This document shows positions 12,430-25,417 of a stretch of 64,000 bases of DNA, piece by piece (the stretch's first letter is position 1; each line of letters starts with the position of its first letter). Under the pieces are notes generated by a model. It searched no databases, was not told the DNA's origin, and saw only the letters and a program-made list of their open reading frames with translations. The DNA is from Lingula anatina (taxonomy: Eukaryota > Animalia > Brachiopoda), in NCBI GenBank assembly GCA_051362555.1, contig CM120648.1, positions 5,638,587-5,702,586 of the forward strand, in the 5' to 3' direction. The translations under genes and the position numbers were made by a program.

Positions 12430-14247
12430 AATAAATACATAAATAAAATTGAAATTAAACTAAAAAAGAATGGACAAGATATGAAACTCACAACATTTAT
12501 TATAATAAATTAAATAAAGACAGATTGAGGAAAAAGTGCAAGTTGGACCATATACTGCCTTTTGAATTATTCAGTTTAAGCAAATCTGTCAAATTTTTCT
12601 ATGGATAAAGTCAGGCAAAAAATATATCTTTAATCATTGATTTCTGGGCTTTATGACATGTTTTGGTGCCTTGTTGGCCTTAAGGGAGGGCCTATCAAAT
12701 CATAATTATGTTGATATTGCATGATATTTCTTTTGTAGCATTGCCAAAATATTTCCTGACTAGAAAAGCCTCTAGCACAGAACATGATTCCAGATATTTG
12801 AGATAAAAGATGTCTGGTGCACTGGGTTCACTTCAGGAGATAACCTCTTTTAACAATTACTCACGGGATCATTTTACACAAATAATAGCTTTTAACAAGA
12901 TCAGCTAGAAGTTTAGGATTGAAGATTCAAGTGTGCAGTTTCTCTTGCTAAATTAGGATTTAACATTGAATATTTGATAAAGGTAATTGCTTTGCCAAAG
13001 TAGGGCTTATAAGATTTTAAAGAATGTCATGGATCTGGATTCAGATAATATACTTGAGATTTTTATTTCTTATTTAGTATAGAGTTACATGTAGATCAAT
13101 CCAAATTTATATTGTCAGATTACCAGAGATCACTACAGATGGAGGTTGTACATGAGGCTTACAATTGAGAGGGAATGGAAGGGGTCTTGTCGGGGGTGGG
13201 GAAGGGGGTGGGGGGGGGGTAGGAGAGGGTTGCCTACAGTATGTGAAGTTTGACTGCATGATACCTGAATAGGAACAATTTTAAAGCAGTGTCTAGTTTA
13301 AGTTGACCTGAGTGTAACCATGCCTTTTAAGGCCCTTTTTTACATTAAGTACTCCTGCAACAGTTGCCGGAGGGGGGCCTATTTTGTCAGTAAGGGGTGG
13401 TGCAGTCAGTTTTGTATGGCACCAGTATGACTGGTCATGCCTTGTACTATGGGGAGATGGGCCGGGGGGGGGGGGGTACTCCCTATCACAAGCTCCAAAT
13501 GTACCAATCAAAAATTAAACCAATGGACTGGCTAGGTCAGATGTAGAGCTGGACCACTGTGGAAGAGGCTCTCCACTATCACGTCATGCATCAGACCTGA
13601 GTCTGCAGTATTGACTGCAGGAGGGTTCTGGAGGTCAAAGCATCCTGCTGTAGGCGCTGCATTTGGCTGGTGTTTTTACCAGAATAGAATTGACCAGTCT
13701 GGTCCAGAGCTGGCTAGCTGTTGACCACTGGTCAGTGGAGTGGTGCTATAGTCAGTGGTCAGTTTCAGTCAGTGGTCAGTCTAAGCCAGTGGTCAGTCAG
13801 ACTGTCCTGTCCTGTTTCGGCTGGTTCTGATGTATGGAGTCTTTTAGTGGCAGGTAAGGTACTAGGGTCAGCTGATTACTGGTACAGGTGTTATAAATTG
13901 TAGGATTTCTTTGGTCAGCTGGGTGGATCAAGAGATACACTGAATTACTGAATGATCGACTGATATGTATTGATTAACTCCTTGTGTAAATATTTGGTAA
14001 TTTGTTTTAAGCAAGTTATTCAGGGTGTACAAAATGGCATGAAGGAGCTCAATATGAATACTGAGAGGGAGAGAGAGAAAGAGAGAGAGAAAGAGAGAAA
14101 AAGAAGACAGAGCTAGACAGATTGTGTGTGTGTGTGTGTCTGTGAGTAAGAGAAAGCAAGCCCGCTGTTGAAACTTTTATTAGTAAACCTAAGTTTGGTC
14201 AGCATGGTCAGTTTTTGGCCACTCCTTGCTCATGGCCAGGCTATTTC

Positions 14248-14248
<1 letters not shown>

Positions 14249-14292
<44 letters not shown>
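14249..14292. repeat. (TA)n microsatellite
   Basis: Directly visible. Confidence 0.9.
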
Positions 14293-14294
<2 letters not shown>

Positions 14295-14552
14295 TGCACG
14301 TACCAGATGCTGATATATACTGTATTCTTGCAGTCCACAGTCAAACTGGTGCCTTCATTTCTCCATAGCCCAGGACCAAGGTGTATTAAAATGGGCATGT
14401 ATTGGTTAGAGAGTTTTATCTGAAATGTTTTTAATCCTGTTTTGATCTCTGTTTTATTTTTGGCAGTTGTATATCAAGCGGTTTTCCTTTTGTGTCACAT
14501 TACAAAAGGGGACTGATATAAGTTTTTCTGTAGTTTACCTTTCTCTTAATTA

Positions 14553-14854
14553 GGCCGCATTCACATCGAGTTGAGCCATGGCTCTACAAAGCCACGACCT
14601 AAATATGGCGGACATACATGAAAGGAAAACCGCCTAATCTTTTAATAGTCTCTCCACCTCTCACATGCCTCCCCATGCGTCGTCCCTGCGGGGGTACAGT
14701 CATTAAATCTCGGCTCCATTGGGACGATACATGGAGAGGCGTGTGAGAGGTGGAGAGACTATTAAAAGATTAGGCGGTGTTCCTTTCATGTACGTCCGCC
14801 ATATTTAGGTTGTGGCTTTGTAGAGCCATGGCTCAACTCGATGTGAATGTGGCC
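14553..14854. mobile_element. Fold-back MITE, 302 bp, near-palindromic
   Basis: Arms of about 130 bp (ggccgcattcacatcgagttgagccatggctctacaaagcc... / ...ggctttgtagagccatggctcaactcgatgtgaatgtggcc) with few mismatches; flanked by TTA and TAA. Confidence 0.85.
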
Positions 14855-15269
14855 TAAGAGGTCAAGTCAAGTGAGCCAGTGGTCAAGCCATCTGAATAGG
14901 TGGTCAAGACATGTTAGTTGAACAGGTGCCTGTTTTGCCAAAAAAAAGTTCAGTGATTAAGCTAAAATTAGACTGCTATATTTTGATAGTTGACTAGTTA
15001 GTATGTCAAATTTGTGGTAGTGACTAATCACTAATATTTCAAGAATTTAGATTGTTACCTACAGGTAAATGGGCAACAGTCATTACTAAGGGTAAATATC
15101 ATTGGAAAGACAATCAGAAGTCTTGTTGGGTCAGGTTTAAAGACTTCAAAATGAGGAAATTTGGACTCTGAAAGTTATTAAGACCAATGTTTGGGGCTAA
15201 AGTTGTTTTGTGAAAAAGGTGTCAGGTGGTCACTTATTTCCTTGGTGTGAGTGTGTAATACCTTATTTC

Positions 15270-15712
15270 CATATTAATTGCCCGCTGGTTCCCTGATGGC
15301 TTTTACCCTGAGTTTGTGCATTTAAATCGTCCTTTGGTTCCCTGGTGGCTTTCACTCTGAGTAGTCTCTACATACAAATTGCTTGTTAGTTCCCTGGTGG
15401 CTTTTACCCCAAGTTTCTCCATATAAATTGTTCTTTGTTTCCCTGGTGGCTTTAACCCCAGGTTTCTACATATAGATCACCCTCTGGTTCCCTGGTGGCT
15501 TTTAACCGAGTTTCTACATTTACACTGTTCTTTGGTTCCCTGGTGGCTTCCACTCTGAGTAGTTTCTTCATATAAATCGCTCTTTGGTTCTCAGGTGGCT
15601 TTCACCCAGAGTTTCTCCATGTTAATTGTTCTTTGGTTCCCTGGTTGGCTTTCACTCCAAGTAATTTCTGCATTTAGATTGCCCTCTGGTTCCCGGATGG
15701 GTTTCACTCCGA
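15270..15712. repeat. Degenerate minisatellite, about 9 units of about 50 bp
   Basis: Core ggttccctggtggcttt recurs at roughly 50-bp spacing; intervening sequences are homologous to each other. Confidence 0.85.
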
Positions 15713-15808
15713 GATAGAGTCTGATTAACAGTTAATCGTAATACTGTAATCTTGTAAAGATGCCTGTGCTGTTTCTAACTAGTTAAATTTCAAATTTGAA
15801 ATTGTCGG

Positions 15809-15840
15809 TTATTTATTTATTTATTTATTTATTTATATAT

Positions 15841-15871
<31 letters not shown>

Positions 15872-15873
15872 TT
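15809..15873. repeat. (TTTA)n microsatellite
   Basis: Directly visible. Confidence 0.9.
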
Positions 15874-17930
15874 TTTTTTTTGTCTAAAAAAAGTTCAATT
15901 TTGGAAAAAATCGAGTAGAATATGTGCATAGACATATTAAATAGTTATTGCAACAGACCCAACTGTACTATAACAGACTGTATTCTGTAGTGCAGACTGA
16001 ATATGTGGATATGTATCAGCTTGGAAATTGGATCACATCAGCCAGTAAGTGAGGAGAGGGGAGGAGGAAGACTTCTCTCTGTTAACTATAGTATACCACA
16101 GCTGTTCAATTAAGCAAACAAGTTATAGTTCTGTTTAATTTGAGGACTGTTGACAGTTCTGTCTGCTTGTTTTTTGGAAACAATCGTGTCTGTCACATGA
16201 CATACTGAAGTGTTCTGGTCTTGTCGATTTTATAAGTAAGTACATATTTCAAAATGGGGTAGGGAAATCACAGGTAGGACAGAGAAGTGTATTGGCCATG
16301 TTTTGTAACTCACTAGTATCCAGGTAAGTTTACTTGGCCATTTTTTTCCTTTTTGCCCAGCTTGGATTAGAATGCTCAAAACTATGACTTGCCCACAAAT
16401 TTAATGTTAAATAAAAAGTGCCATTTCTGGATCTTATACCGATAAGTATCTGAATGAGTAATTTCCGTTCCTGATTTGAATATAAAATGGTTGCCTGATG
16501 TCAGCTGTGACATAAAGATGACACGACATTGTCAAGACACACAGGAATGGATGATTTGTGACATTTATACTTACCAGCTTTGAATAATTGAATGCATTTT
16601 CAAAAACTGATATTTTTATGATCATTTGACTCTTTGATTCTTTAATTATTTATGTAATTTATGAAATAATTAATGTTAAATATCCAACTGTAACAAATCG
16701 AGTATAATCTGATTTGATATATATTCAGGACGGGATGCCTGAATACTAAGTAATTTTGATTTTGATTAAATAGCCGCATGCATAGAGAGAAAAAAGTATG
16801 TGTTTGAGGCACTGAAATAACTCTCACTTCCTCTTTCTCTCTGTCACATACACCAGCAAACAGATGTACACGCACACAATCACACATGCATAAATATACA
16901 CACACACAGACACACATGCACAAACATATATATGCAAACACACTCACAAATGCACACACAAACAAACATTATTTACATTAAGAAATTATGCCAAAAATTG
17001 GGTGGTCACACTCACAAATATGTATATACTAGTACATACACAAACACTAGTAAAAAATTACACATAAACTTATACACATAAGCATATACCCTCTCACACA
17101 CACACATACACACAGACACATACACACAGTCGCACACACACATAGATACACATACCTAAACACACACATACACAGCCATTTCCCTCTCCAGGCATATGGC
17201 TGACCCTCGGCCCTCCGAGACAAACCTTGTGGGGTAAAGCAATCATGTTATGACAGTGTCAGTGGCATTGATTGTTTTCATGGCATTTAGCTCCAGACTG
17301 ACCTTCACAGTATGTGTGAGATAAAGATGCGGGCAGAGTAAAGAAGACAAAAGTCTAAATATATATACAATTATAAATGGGGCCTGGTTCACAAAAGAAA
17401 CTACAGCCAAAAGTTGGTTGAAATTTTAGACCAATATTTCAGGCAGTTTTGATCCAAGATAAGTTAGTTTATACATCAAATCAAATGAAATATTGTGTCA
17501 GTTTCATGACAAAAGAAGACTGAGAATATTTGATTGGCATCCTGTTTCAAACTATTTGTAATTAGACAGCCTGGAGAGTTAGGTGGTATAAAATGGTTGA
17601 ATCCAACTTGATTGAGAACGCACCATTAGATTGTTGGCAATGAGAGTAAGGCATTTAACTCGCTGTCAGCGTTTTTTTATTGATTGCTACTAATTGCTTG
17701 CGATGAGTCCATCAATCTTTTTTACTCGTAAAACTGAACACTTGGTTTGTTAAACCAGGATCTAACTCTTCCACAACATAGGTGTATAAATTGTCTGCTG
17801 TTAAGGTGGTCCCACTACTTTATAGTAGGAATAATTGTATGCAGTCAATTACCATCATGTTGTGTTCTTGTCACGCTGTCATATTCCATGCTGAGATCTA
17901 TCTGTGACTTGATTGCAGGATGGTAATTTA

Positions 17931-18150
17931 GACCCCATTCCCATACCTAGATCAATCTAACAAGATCGATTTATCTCCAAGGGGTTTCTCGCTAAATTGC
18001 TTTCAGCTTAAGCGGCTTAGATGTCTGGCACACTTTCTAAAGCTGCTAAACAATAGTTTATTACCCCCTAACAGCTTCATTAGGCCTGCCAGACATCAGA
18101 GATGGAGATGGATCGATCTGTTAGAACAATCTAGGTATGAGAATGGGATC
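17931..18150. mobile_element. PIF/Harbinger-type MITE, family B
   Basis: TIRs gaccccattcccatacctagat / atctaggtatgagaatgggatc, TSD TTA; related copy at about 23750-23996; ends resemble family A. Confidence 0.75.
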
Positions 18151-18844
18151 TTAGACAGATTAGAGGACTTAATGTTGTAAGAGCTTGGGTGTGAGATGTA
18201 CTTTACATGTACACCTATTTGGTTGTTGAAGTCTTCAGGGTAGGTGCTTTCTTTACAAATTGTTCAGTCTTTTGAGTGTTCGGTCGAGTCTTTCAGGTTA
18301 TCGGCAGACTGAAGGCTCTTTTCACATTGAACAGTACACTTAAGTGGACTGGTCCACGTTTATGACTTACTAGTAATACCGTGACCAATATGACTGCCGT
18401 CCATTTTTATCATCATTTTCATAATTCTATAAAGGCTAAACTTTTTCCAGACCCTCCCCCTTTCAGAGAGAATAAAAAGTGAAGAGCTAATGATAATTTC
18501 AGTAATTTTTCTGAAAGCGTACAGAGGGCCTTAACTCACCCACCCCCAGTAAAAAATGAGTTTACAGTTGGTAGACTTGTGAAAATGATGATACAAATTG
18601 GATGACCCCTAAGTAAATAGTGGGAATGGAACTTGTGCAGAACCCATGAAAGGACATCAAAACCAGCAGTAGCATTGATATCGTGACATGTACGGACCTC
18701 TAAAAGTGGACCAGTCTAGTTAAGTGCACAACTTGATAAGGAAAGGGCCTCTTGCTGTTTGTTCCTGCAGATTGTGGAAGATGTTTGTTTAGAGAGATGA
18801 TTGATAATCTTTTCACATTTGTTGTGATGTTATATTATCTTGTT

Positions 18845-19012
18845 CAGGCCCGTAGCCAGGGGGGGTTCGGGGGGTTCGAAAGAACCGCCCCTTTTGCTGG
18901 GAAAAGGTCCACTCTGGGTAAAATTTGATCTAGGTACATGAAGTTTTTATGGGAAAAGGTCCACGTTTTCAGAAAAAGAACCCCCCTTTTGAAATTGCTG
19001 GCTACGGGCCTG
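18845..19012. mobile_element. MITE with 15-bp TIR CAGGCCCGTAGCCAG and 5-bp TSD
   Basis: Perfect TIRs caggcccgtagccag / ctggctacgggcctg; ttgtt at 18840-18844 and 19013-19017. Confidence 0.8.
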
Positions 19013-19551
19013 TTGTTCCTGTAAATCATACCTAGCACTAGTACCATGTACTAGTGTCCTTTATGTGCTCTAGTTTTTCATATTGCAATGTACTAGTTGT
19101 ACTGTTGTTGTGTCTGCCTGTAATCTGGCTTTAGGCTCTTGGTGCCATGCATTGTTTGCTTAATGATGAAGATGATTCATATAAGGGAAGGAAAAAACAT
19201 TTTGAATCTTTTTTTTTTTGCATTAATTATGTGATTTGACAACAGATTTTGATTTGGTTATATATTTTAAGCTGTTGACTGAAACAAAATATTGTTCACA
19301 GTGAGTCCTTTACTTGAGGGGCATTTGATGTACTGAGATGGATGTTGTAAGCAATGTTTTTGCTTTATACTTAGTGCCACAGTTTACTGTTCAAGGCTTA
19401 ATATTTATATAATTTTATTCTTTCAGGTAGAGTGAGTGAGCATTAAACATTGGTGTCATTGAGATATTTCCCACCTGGGAGGGACTTGACTCAGCAAGGT
19501 TCAACTGACATCGAAAAAACACAGGCAGCGGAACAATATTCAGTGCCAAAT

Positions 19552-20352
19552 ATGGCCAAGAACGGCCCAAAAGAGGGCACCACTGGTGACATGAATACGG
19601 AAATGTCTGTGCCATCCAATCACCTGGAGTTATTTGTTAAAGCAGGACGCGATGGAGAAAGTTATGGCGCTTGCCCATTTTGCCATCGCATGTTCATGAT
19701 TCTGTTACTGAAAGCCAATGCTGGAGAACTAACATTCACAGTCACAACTGTCAATATGTCCAAGCCACCACCAGATTTCAAAAAGTTATCCAGTCGCTTG
19801 CCGGTTGTGGTGCATGGCAACGAGGTACTCTGCGACAGTGACGACATCGTGCAGTACATAGATGACAACTTTCCGAATCCTGACCTGCGGTTCAATAACC
19901 CAAAAGCTGCGGAAGCCTCGCTGGGGTGCTTCTCAAAGTTTTCCTTCTATATCAAAGAGGTGTCGCTTTCACCAACACATTTAATTTCAGAACTGATGAA
20001 AATGGACTCGTACTTAGCTGGGGCAAAGACCGAGTTTCTCTGCTGCAATGAGTTGTCCCATTTGGATTGTTTAATGCTACCTAAGCTGCACCACATCAGG
20101 GTGGTGTCCAAAGTTTTCAAAAATTTCGAGTTCCCGCATGAGTTTGTACACCTCTGGCGGTACCTAGCCAACGCGTACAGGTGCGAGGTGTTCCGTAAAA
20201 CATGTCCGCCAGACCAGGAGATTATTTACCATTGGGCGAGCAAGCCAGAATTGCCGAGACTTTCCAAAGATGCCAGTATTATGTATGGGCCAGAAACTGT
20301 TCCAAGGTACACATTTGATGTACCTATTAAACAGATCAATGGTCATTGGTGA
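19552..20352 (+). CDS. CLIC: Chloride intracellular channel (CLIC/EXC-4 family, GST fold), 266 aa, single coding exon
   Basis: Family motifs LELFVKAGRDGESYGACPFCHRMFMILLLK, FTVTTVN, DCLMLPKLHHIRVV, LWRYLANAY and TCPPDQEI. First ATG at 19552 after an in-frame TAA at 19444; acceptor tttcag ends at 19426. The track's TTG start is not used. Confidence 0.92.
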   Translation: MAKNGPKEGTTGDMNTEMSVPSNHLELFVKAGRDGESYGACPFCHRMFMILLLKANAGELTFTVTTVNMSKPPPDFKKLSSRLPVVVHGNEVLCDSDDIVQYIDDNFPNPDLRFNNPKAAEASLGCFSKFSFYIKEVSLSPTHLISELMKMDSYLAGAKTEFLCCNELSHLDCLMLPKLHHIRVVSKVFKNFEFPHEFVHLWRYLANAYRCEVFRKTCPPDQEIIYHWASKPELPRLSKDASIMYGPETVPRYTFDVPIKQINGHW

Positions 20353-20361
20353 GCAGTCCTG

Positions 20362-20393
<32 letters not shown>

Positions 20394-20682
20394 CCAATTC
20401 AGATATCCGATTTTTTCTTGGCAGCTTTCCAACTTGATTCATTTGGCCTCCAAACACATGGTTTTCAGCCCACCAAGCCATTTCTTACTACGTACTTATT
20501 TTCTTACAACTTAAAATCTGGTTGAGACAAGGATGATACGGACACTTTGGAGAAAGTCAACTATTTTAATTTTACACAATTATCATTTTGTATTTTGAAT
20601 TCCTATATATAAAATGTATGTTCTAATCTGTTCTTGAAGATCTGCCTGTATTTATAATTATACTCAACTACAGCAAATTACA

Positions 20683-21296
20683 CACACTTCTATGCACATT
20701 TTTCAGAATTTAAGATTTTGTTTCATGCTGTGATCTCAGAATACATTATAAGTAAGAGTATCAGGTATCTGTGGGACAGATGTATAGTAATGTATTGGGA
20801 AGAATTATATGATACATGTATGTAAATGTTCCTATGTGAGACAATCAGTCATATATTTAGGGGGATTTCATTTCAGAGATTTTACTGTTTTTTTGGAGCA
20901 TCATTGATATAGGAAAGGGTTTATCCTTCTAAAAGGGTATATTTTTTGTGTGGGGATCCAAACTGGGGCTTTTACTGATTGTGCCCCCTTCACACTTCTA
21001 TGCACATTTTTCAGAATTTAAGATTTTGTTTCATGCTGTGATCTCAGAATACATTATAAGTAAGAGTATCAGGTATCTGTGGGACAGATGTATAGTAATG
21101 TATTGGGAAGAATTATATGATACATGTATGTAAATGTTCCTATGTGAGACAATCAGTCATATATTTAGGGGGATTTCATTTCAGAGATTTTACTGTTTTT
21201 TTGGAGCATCATTGATATAGGAAAGGGTTTATCCTTCTAAAAGGGTATATTTTTTGTGTGGGGATCCAAACTGGGGCTTTTACTGATTGTGCCCCC
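20683..21296. repeat. Apparently exact tandem duplication (306 bp, period 308) downstream of CLIC
   Basis: 20683-20988 matches 20991-21296 with no mismatch seen by eye. Confidence 0.9.
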
Positions 21297-22772
21297 CAAC
21301 CCCCCCCCCCCCCCCCCCACCACCCCCACCCCCACCACCACCACCACACACACACCAAGAATCTGCATCTGTTAAACTATGGCATTAGTAGTTATATATA
21401 TATATATATATCATCATGAGTTAGCAGAAAGGTTGGGTTCTTTTAAATGTTATCTTGAACACGAGATATGCAGCTTGCCACCACAGATGACGGTGAAGAT
21501 GACAGCTTACATGATCAAAAGGCATGTTGGACCCAGTTGTGTGTATTCTTCATTTGTTGAATCATGATTGAGTATTTGATTGACAAAGCTGTACATGTAT
21601 ATATAGTTAAGCATACTACATATGGTTGTCATGCTGTTTGTATTAGTGGTCACCAACATCGTTTATGAGTTTTGGTAAATCTAGTTCTTGTCGCAGTGTT
21701 TGTGCAGATCTGATTAAGTTGACTGTTTGCTATTGCATGCATAATGCTGTAAGTTTATTGTACAATTGTGCAATTAGTAGAAACATTGTACAATTAAGTG
21801 ATTTATTACTATCAAAGATCTGATGTTTAGTTTTTGTCTTTGATTTAATATGACGTAAAAGTGTTTTTTTTATTGATCTTATTTAGAAACATTTCTCCTT
21901 GAAGTGAAAGATCTGACAAATGCTGGTTGATAGAAAATTCGGTTTTACTTTGTTCTGTTGTTGTACATTGAACAAAAGCAACGATTAGTAATACCAACAA
22001 TGTAAAGGGAATATTTTATGAAATGTTTTGTCTGTGAATTTCTGTTAAACAACAGACATGTTTTCATAGTGTATGCTGCAGCAGTATTTATGTTCTGTTT
22101 TTGAGGCTGACTAAGGGTCACCACACCTTTTTTGCATTTACACAGCTGCATTTCTAACTAAAGAAAAAATGTATATATTCTAGTGTATCCCACCAATTTT
22201 TAATGGTACACAATGTGAATCAAAATCGTGTCAAAATGTATCATAGCTTTGATAGGGCATTATAAGCCCAGTGTATAGCAGAAATGAGCCGATATATAAT
22301 AGTCAAAATGAAGAAAGTACCGGCTTAAATACTTGGAAGATTATAGAGGGTGCAATGAGACACTTATTCCAATTAAGCTGCATGTTTTAAACTTAATTGC
22401 ATATTTAATATCACTTTGATTAATACAGCAGCTGTATCAGTAGTTAAATATAGAAATGTTTTGACTGTAAGTAATATTAATGAGTTTAGTTTATTTTATG
22501 CAAATAGGAATACAGCTAATGGTTTCCTCAGATAGCTCTGATTTCACCCCATCCCCTTCTTGTATGGGGCATAGTAAAATGTATATGTAGGTAGCCAGTA
22601 GACAGTCACCACTGTGTTCTTCATGTAGATGCCACGTTGGAATATGAAGTGAGCACGGAATGACAGAATTTAAATTTTAGTGCTTATGGTATTCTGTGAC
22701 TGACTCCACACAAGTCACTGAAGCCAGGTGTATGAATAGTTCCAATAGTACAAGTACATATGTCTGGGTGCT

Positions 22773-22809
<37 letters not shown>

Positions 22810-23529
22810 AATATTAATTTTACTTGCCATGCTGCATGAAAACTAAAATCACCTCCGGTTCACGTATGGGTACTTACAGTATGAAGCAAGTGTACTCGCA
22901 TAGCTTGAATAAAGACACCCACTAGGGTACAATGTAGTTGACTCCCTTACTGTTTTAAACATTCATTATAATAAGTAAAGGCATATATTGGTCATAAAAC
23001 CTTTGTGAGCAAAAATGTTCATTGGATTGGTAGTTGGATCATGTATGAAAATTATCAAACAAGTCAAAAAAAAGCTAACGGTATGAAAGATTTTCGGCTT
23101 GTGTTTGGCATTTTCATATATATATGGTAAGACCTTTGTGTTAAAAAAATTCAGAAAATTTCTCAAACTAAGAAAATTGTTACGATTTCAAATATTTTCT
23201 AATCATCATACGGTATTTTCTGCCCCAAACTACTAAATTACTAAAATTGTTACGATCGATAATCATTTTTTTGATACGCAAATCTTACGCAAACCTTGCG
23301 CGTTACCAGTAAGGAAAATTCAGCAATCTCCACATCTAAAAGAATAACCAGATAATGTACTCGTACACACAGTTGACCTGCATACGTGAGCTGTTGCCCA
23401 AATTTTATTTAAGCAGTCTAAGTAAAGCGCAAAAACGAAGGACATTTTAGTGAAACGGAACACGGGACTATTTACTCTCTACCATGGGTAAGAGGTGCAG
23501 GGGAATCACTACTTCATAGCCGACACTTA

Positions 23530-23744
23530 GACCTCATTCCCAGAGATTAGATCGATCCAACTAGATCGACCTAACTCCCTGGGGGGTTCACGCTAAATAG
23601 TTGTCAGCCGAGCGGGCACGAAAGTTAATTACCCCCTTACAGCTTGTAGTAGGCGGGATGGACATTTAAGACGGATTATCTGACAGTAATCTACTGAGAT
23701 TCCCCACGGGGATAGATCGATCTAAAATCTATGGGAATGCGCCC
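23530..23744. mobile_element. PIF/Harbinger-type MITE, family A, second copy
   Basis: Colinear with 7242-7456, 215 bp, TSD TTA. Confidence 0.8.
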
Positions 23745-23749
23745 TTATT

Positions 23750-23996
23750 GACCATTCCCAGACCCTATCTTACTAACTTTGGAATGAACTATCTCCAAGG
23801 GGATTCATGCTGAATTGCAATTACCTTAAGCGGCTTAGATGTCTGTCATGCCAACTGAAGCTGATAGGGGGTAATTAATTATCGTTTAGCAGCTTTAGTA
23901 GGCGTCCCAGACATCTAAGCCACTTAAGCTGAAAGCAATTTAGCGAGAAACCCCTTACCGATCCAGTTAGATCGATCTAGGGATGGGTACCCAGTC
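23750..23996. mobile_element. PIF/Harbinger-type MITE, family B, second copy
   Basis: Shares tatctccaagggg, ttaagcggcttagatgtctg and internal inverted repeats with 17931-18150; central part is reversed relative to that copy. Confidence 0.7.
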
Positions 23997-25417
23997 TTAA
24001 GCCTAATTGGTATCCCGGAGCAACGGCAAAGGATACTAATGCAAATGATGTGCCAAAATCCTCATTAAAAACGCGCTCCGCTCAGTTGGTAAACAGGCAA
24101 AGAAAAAACTGCAAACATGTAGTGAGTAAAAGGTCCCTCTGTCACTGGTACAATGTGGAGGGCAGTTGCACACCCATCTCTGGTCGGTGAGCTGAAGCGC
24201 AACACGATTGCGCTATAAGCCCTAATTTTAGAACACCTAACACAATCCTCTGTGGACATGTAAGACATTATCAGTTCTAATAGTCTTCCAGTGCAATCTT
24301 GGTTACAGCCTCCCCCTTTCTCCTGAATAAAACCAAGAAGTATGAGTGTTTCTCTTTATATATGGTGGCTGTGTACGTATTCATTCTCTGCACTTGTCAT
24401 ATAATATTATTTTCTGATACAGAAGTACGTGAATTACTTTAAAAAAGGTGATGTAATAGGTTTATTCAGTTTTGGTGATTGACGTCACAGCACCTAACTT
24501 ACTATTTTTTGTTACTCTCTCAATCACAGCTCATTCGAGTGACCATTAAAAATAATAGCGATTTTAAAAATAAAATAATTCATGAATGATTGAACGAAAG
24601 ACATATAGACATAATGACATATAGATGAAAAATAGATCAAAATATAGATCAAAATATTACAAATGGTACATACATACTTGGTAAACTTGGTCAAATCTAG
24701 ACATAAAACAGTGAAAACACGAGCCGAACAATTTATTCTATGATCGCGATGCGAATACAATATATACTGAGACATGCAGATCGCGAAGAAACATCCGTAA
24801 AGTGAAGTTTTAGTTTGGTTTATAAAAAATTCTTTGCGCAATATAGGAAAACGTGAGATAAGAATTTAAACTGTTTTAACATTTTTAACTTACTTACCTT
24901 AAAATGAGTTTCACACGTTGTATTATAACAGTAAACTCAGTAAAACACGTTTTTCACAGTTTTATGCTGTTATTTCATGAAAGCCAGAGATTACTGAATA
25001 CGTTAATAAATTACATCAACAAATTTCACGCTAGTTTCTGTTTCAATTTTTTCCTTCATTTTTTATAATTACGACAAAAGGGAACAATAAAGAAAAAAAA
25101 TCTCAAATTTACCTGTATTGTGTGTAATCCCTTAATACAAATCTAAAATCGAACGTTTTCCCGTATAAAGGTAGACAAAATTAAACACTGTATTTTGTGT
25201 GAAACCCAATCTAATCACTTAAACTTCATAGTAATTTTTTTTGCCAAGACCCATGGCATATCTTCGACTTGTGATTTGTGAATCGCCATCCATCCTTTTT
25301 TATGCAGCTTCTACTCAACTGAACTGCTTTTCTTGACGTCGTCTGCACGATTCAGAAGAAATATTCCTCTGTAGGGGCAGCCTACACACCACGTGATGCA
25401 GTTTTCAGAAAGTGTTT

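Noticed and set aside
15270-15712. Regularly spaced conserved core resembling a CRISPR array
   Set aside because: Intervening sequences are homologous to each other, context is eukaryotic and no cas genes are present.
16642-16965. 107-aa Cys/Val-rich ORF (similar cases at 9979, 12277 and 14189)
   Set aside because: Translations of microsatellites.
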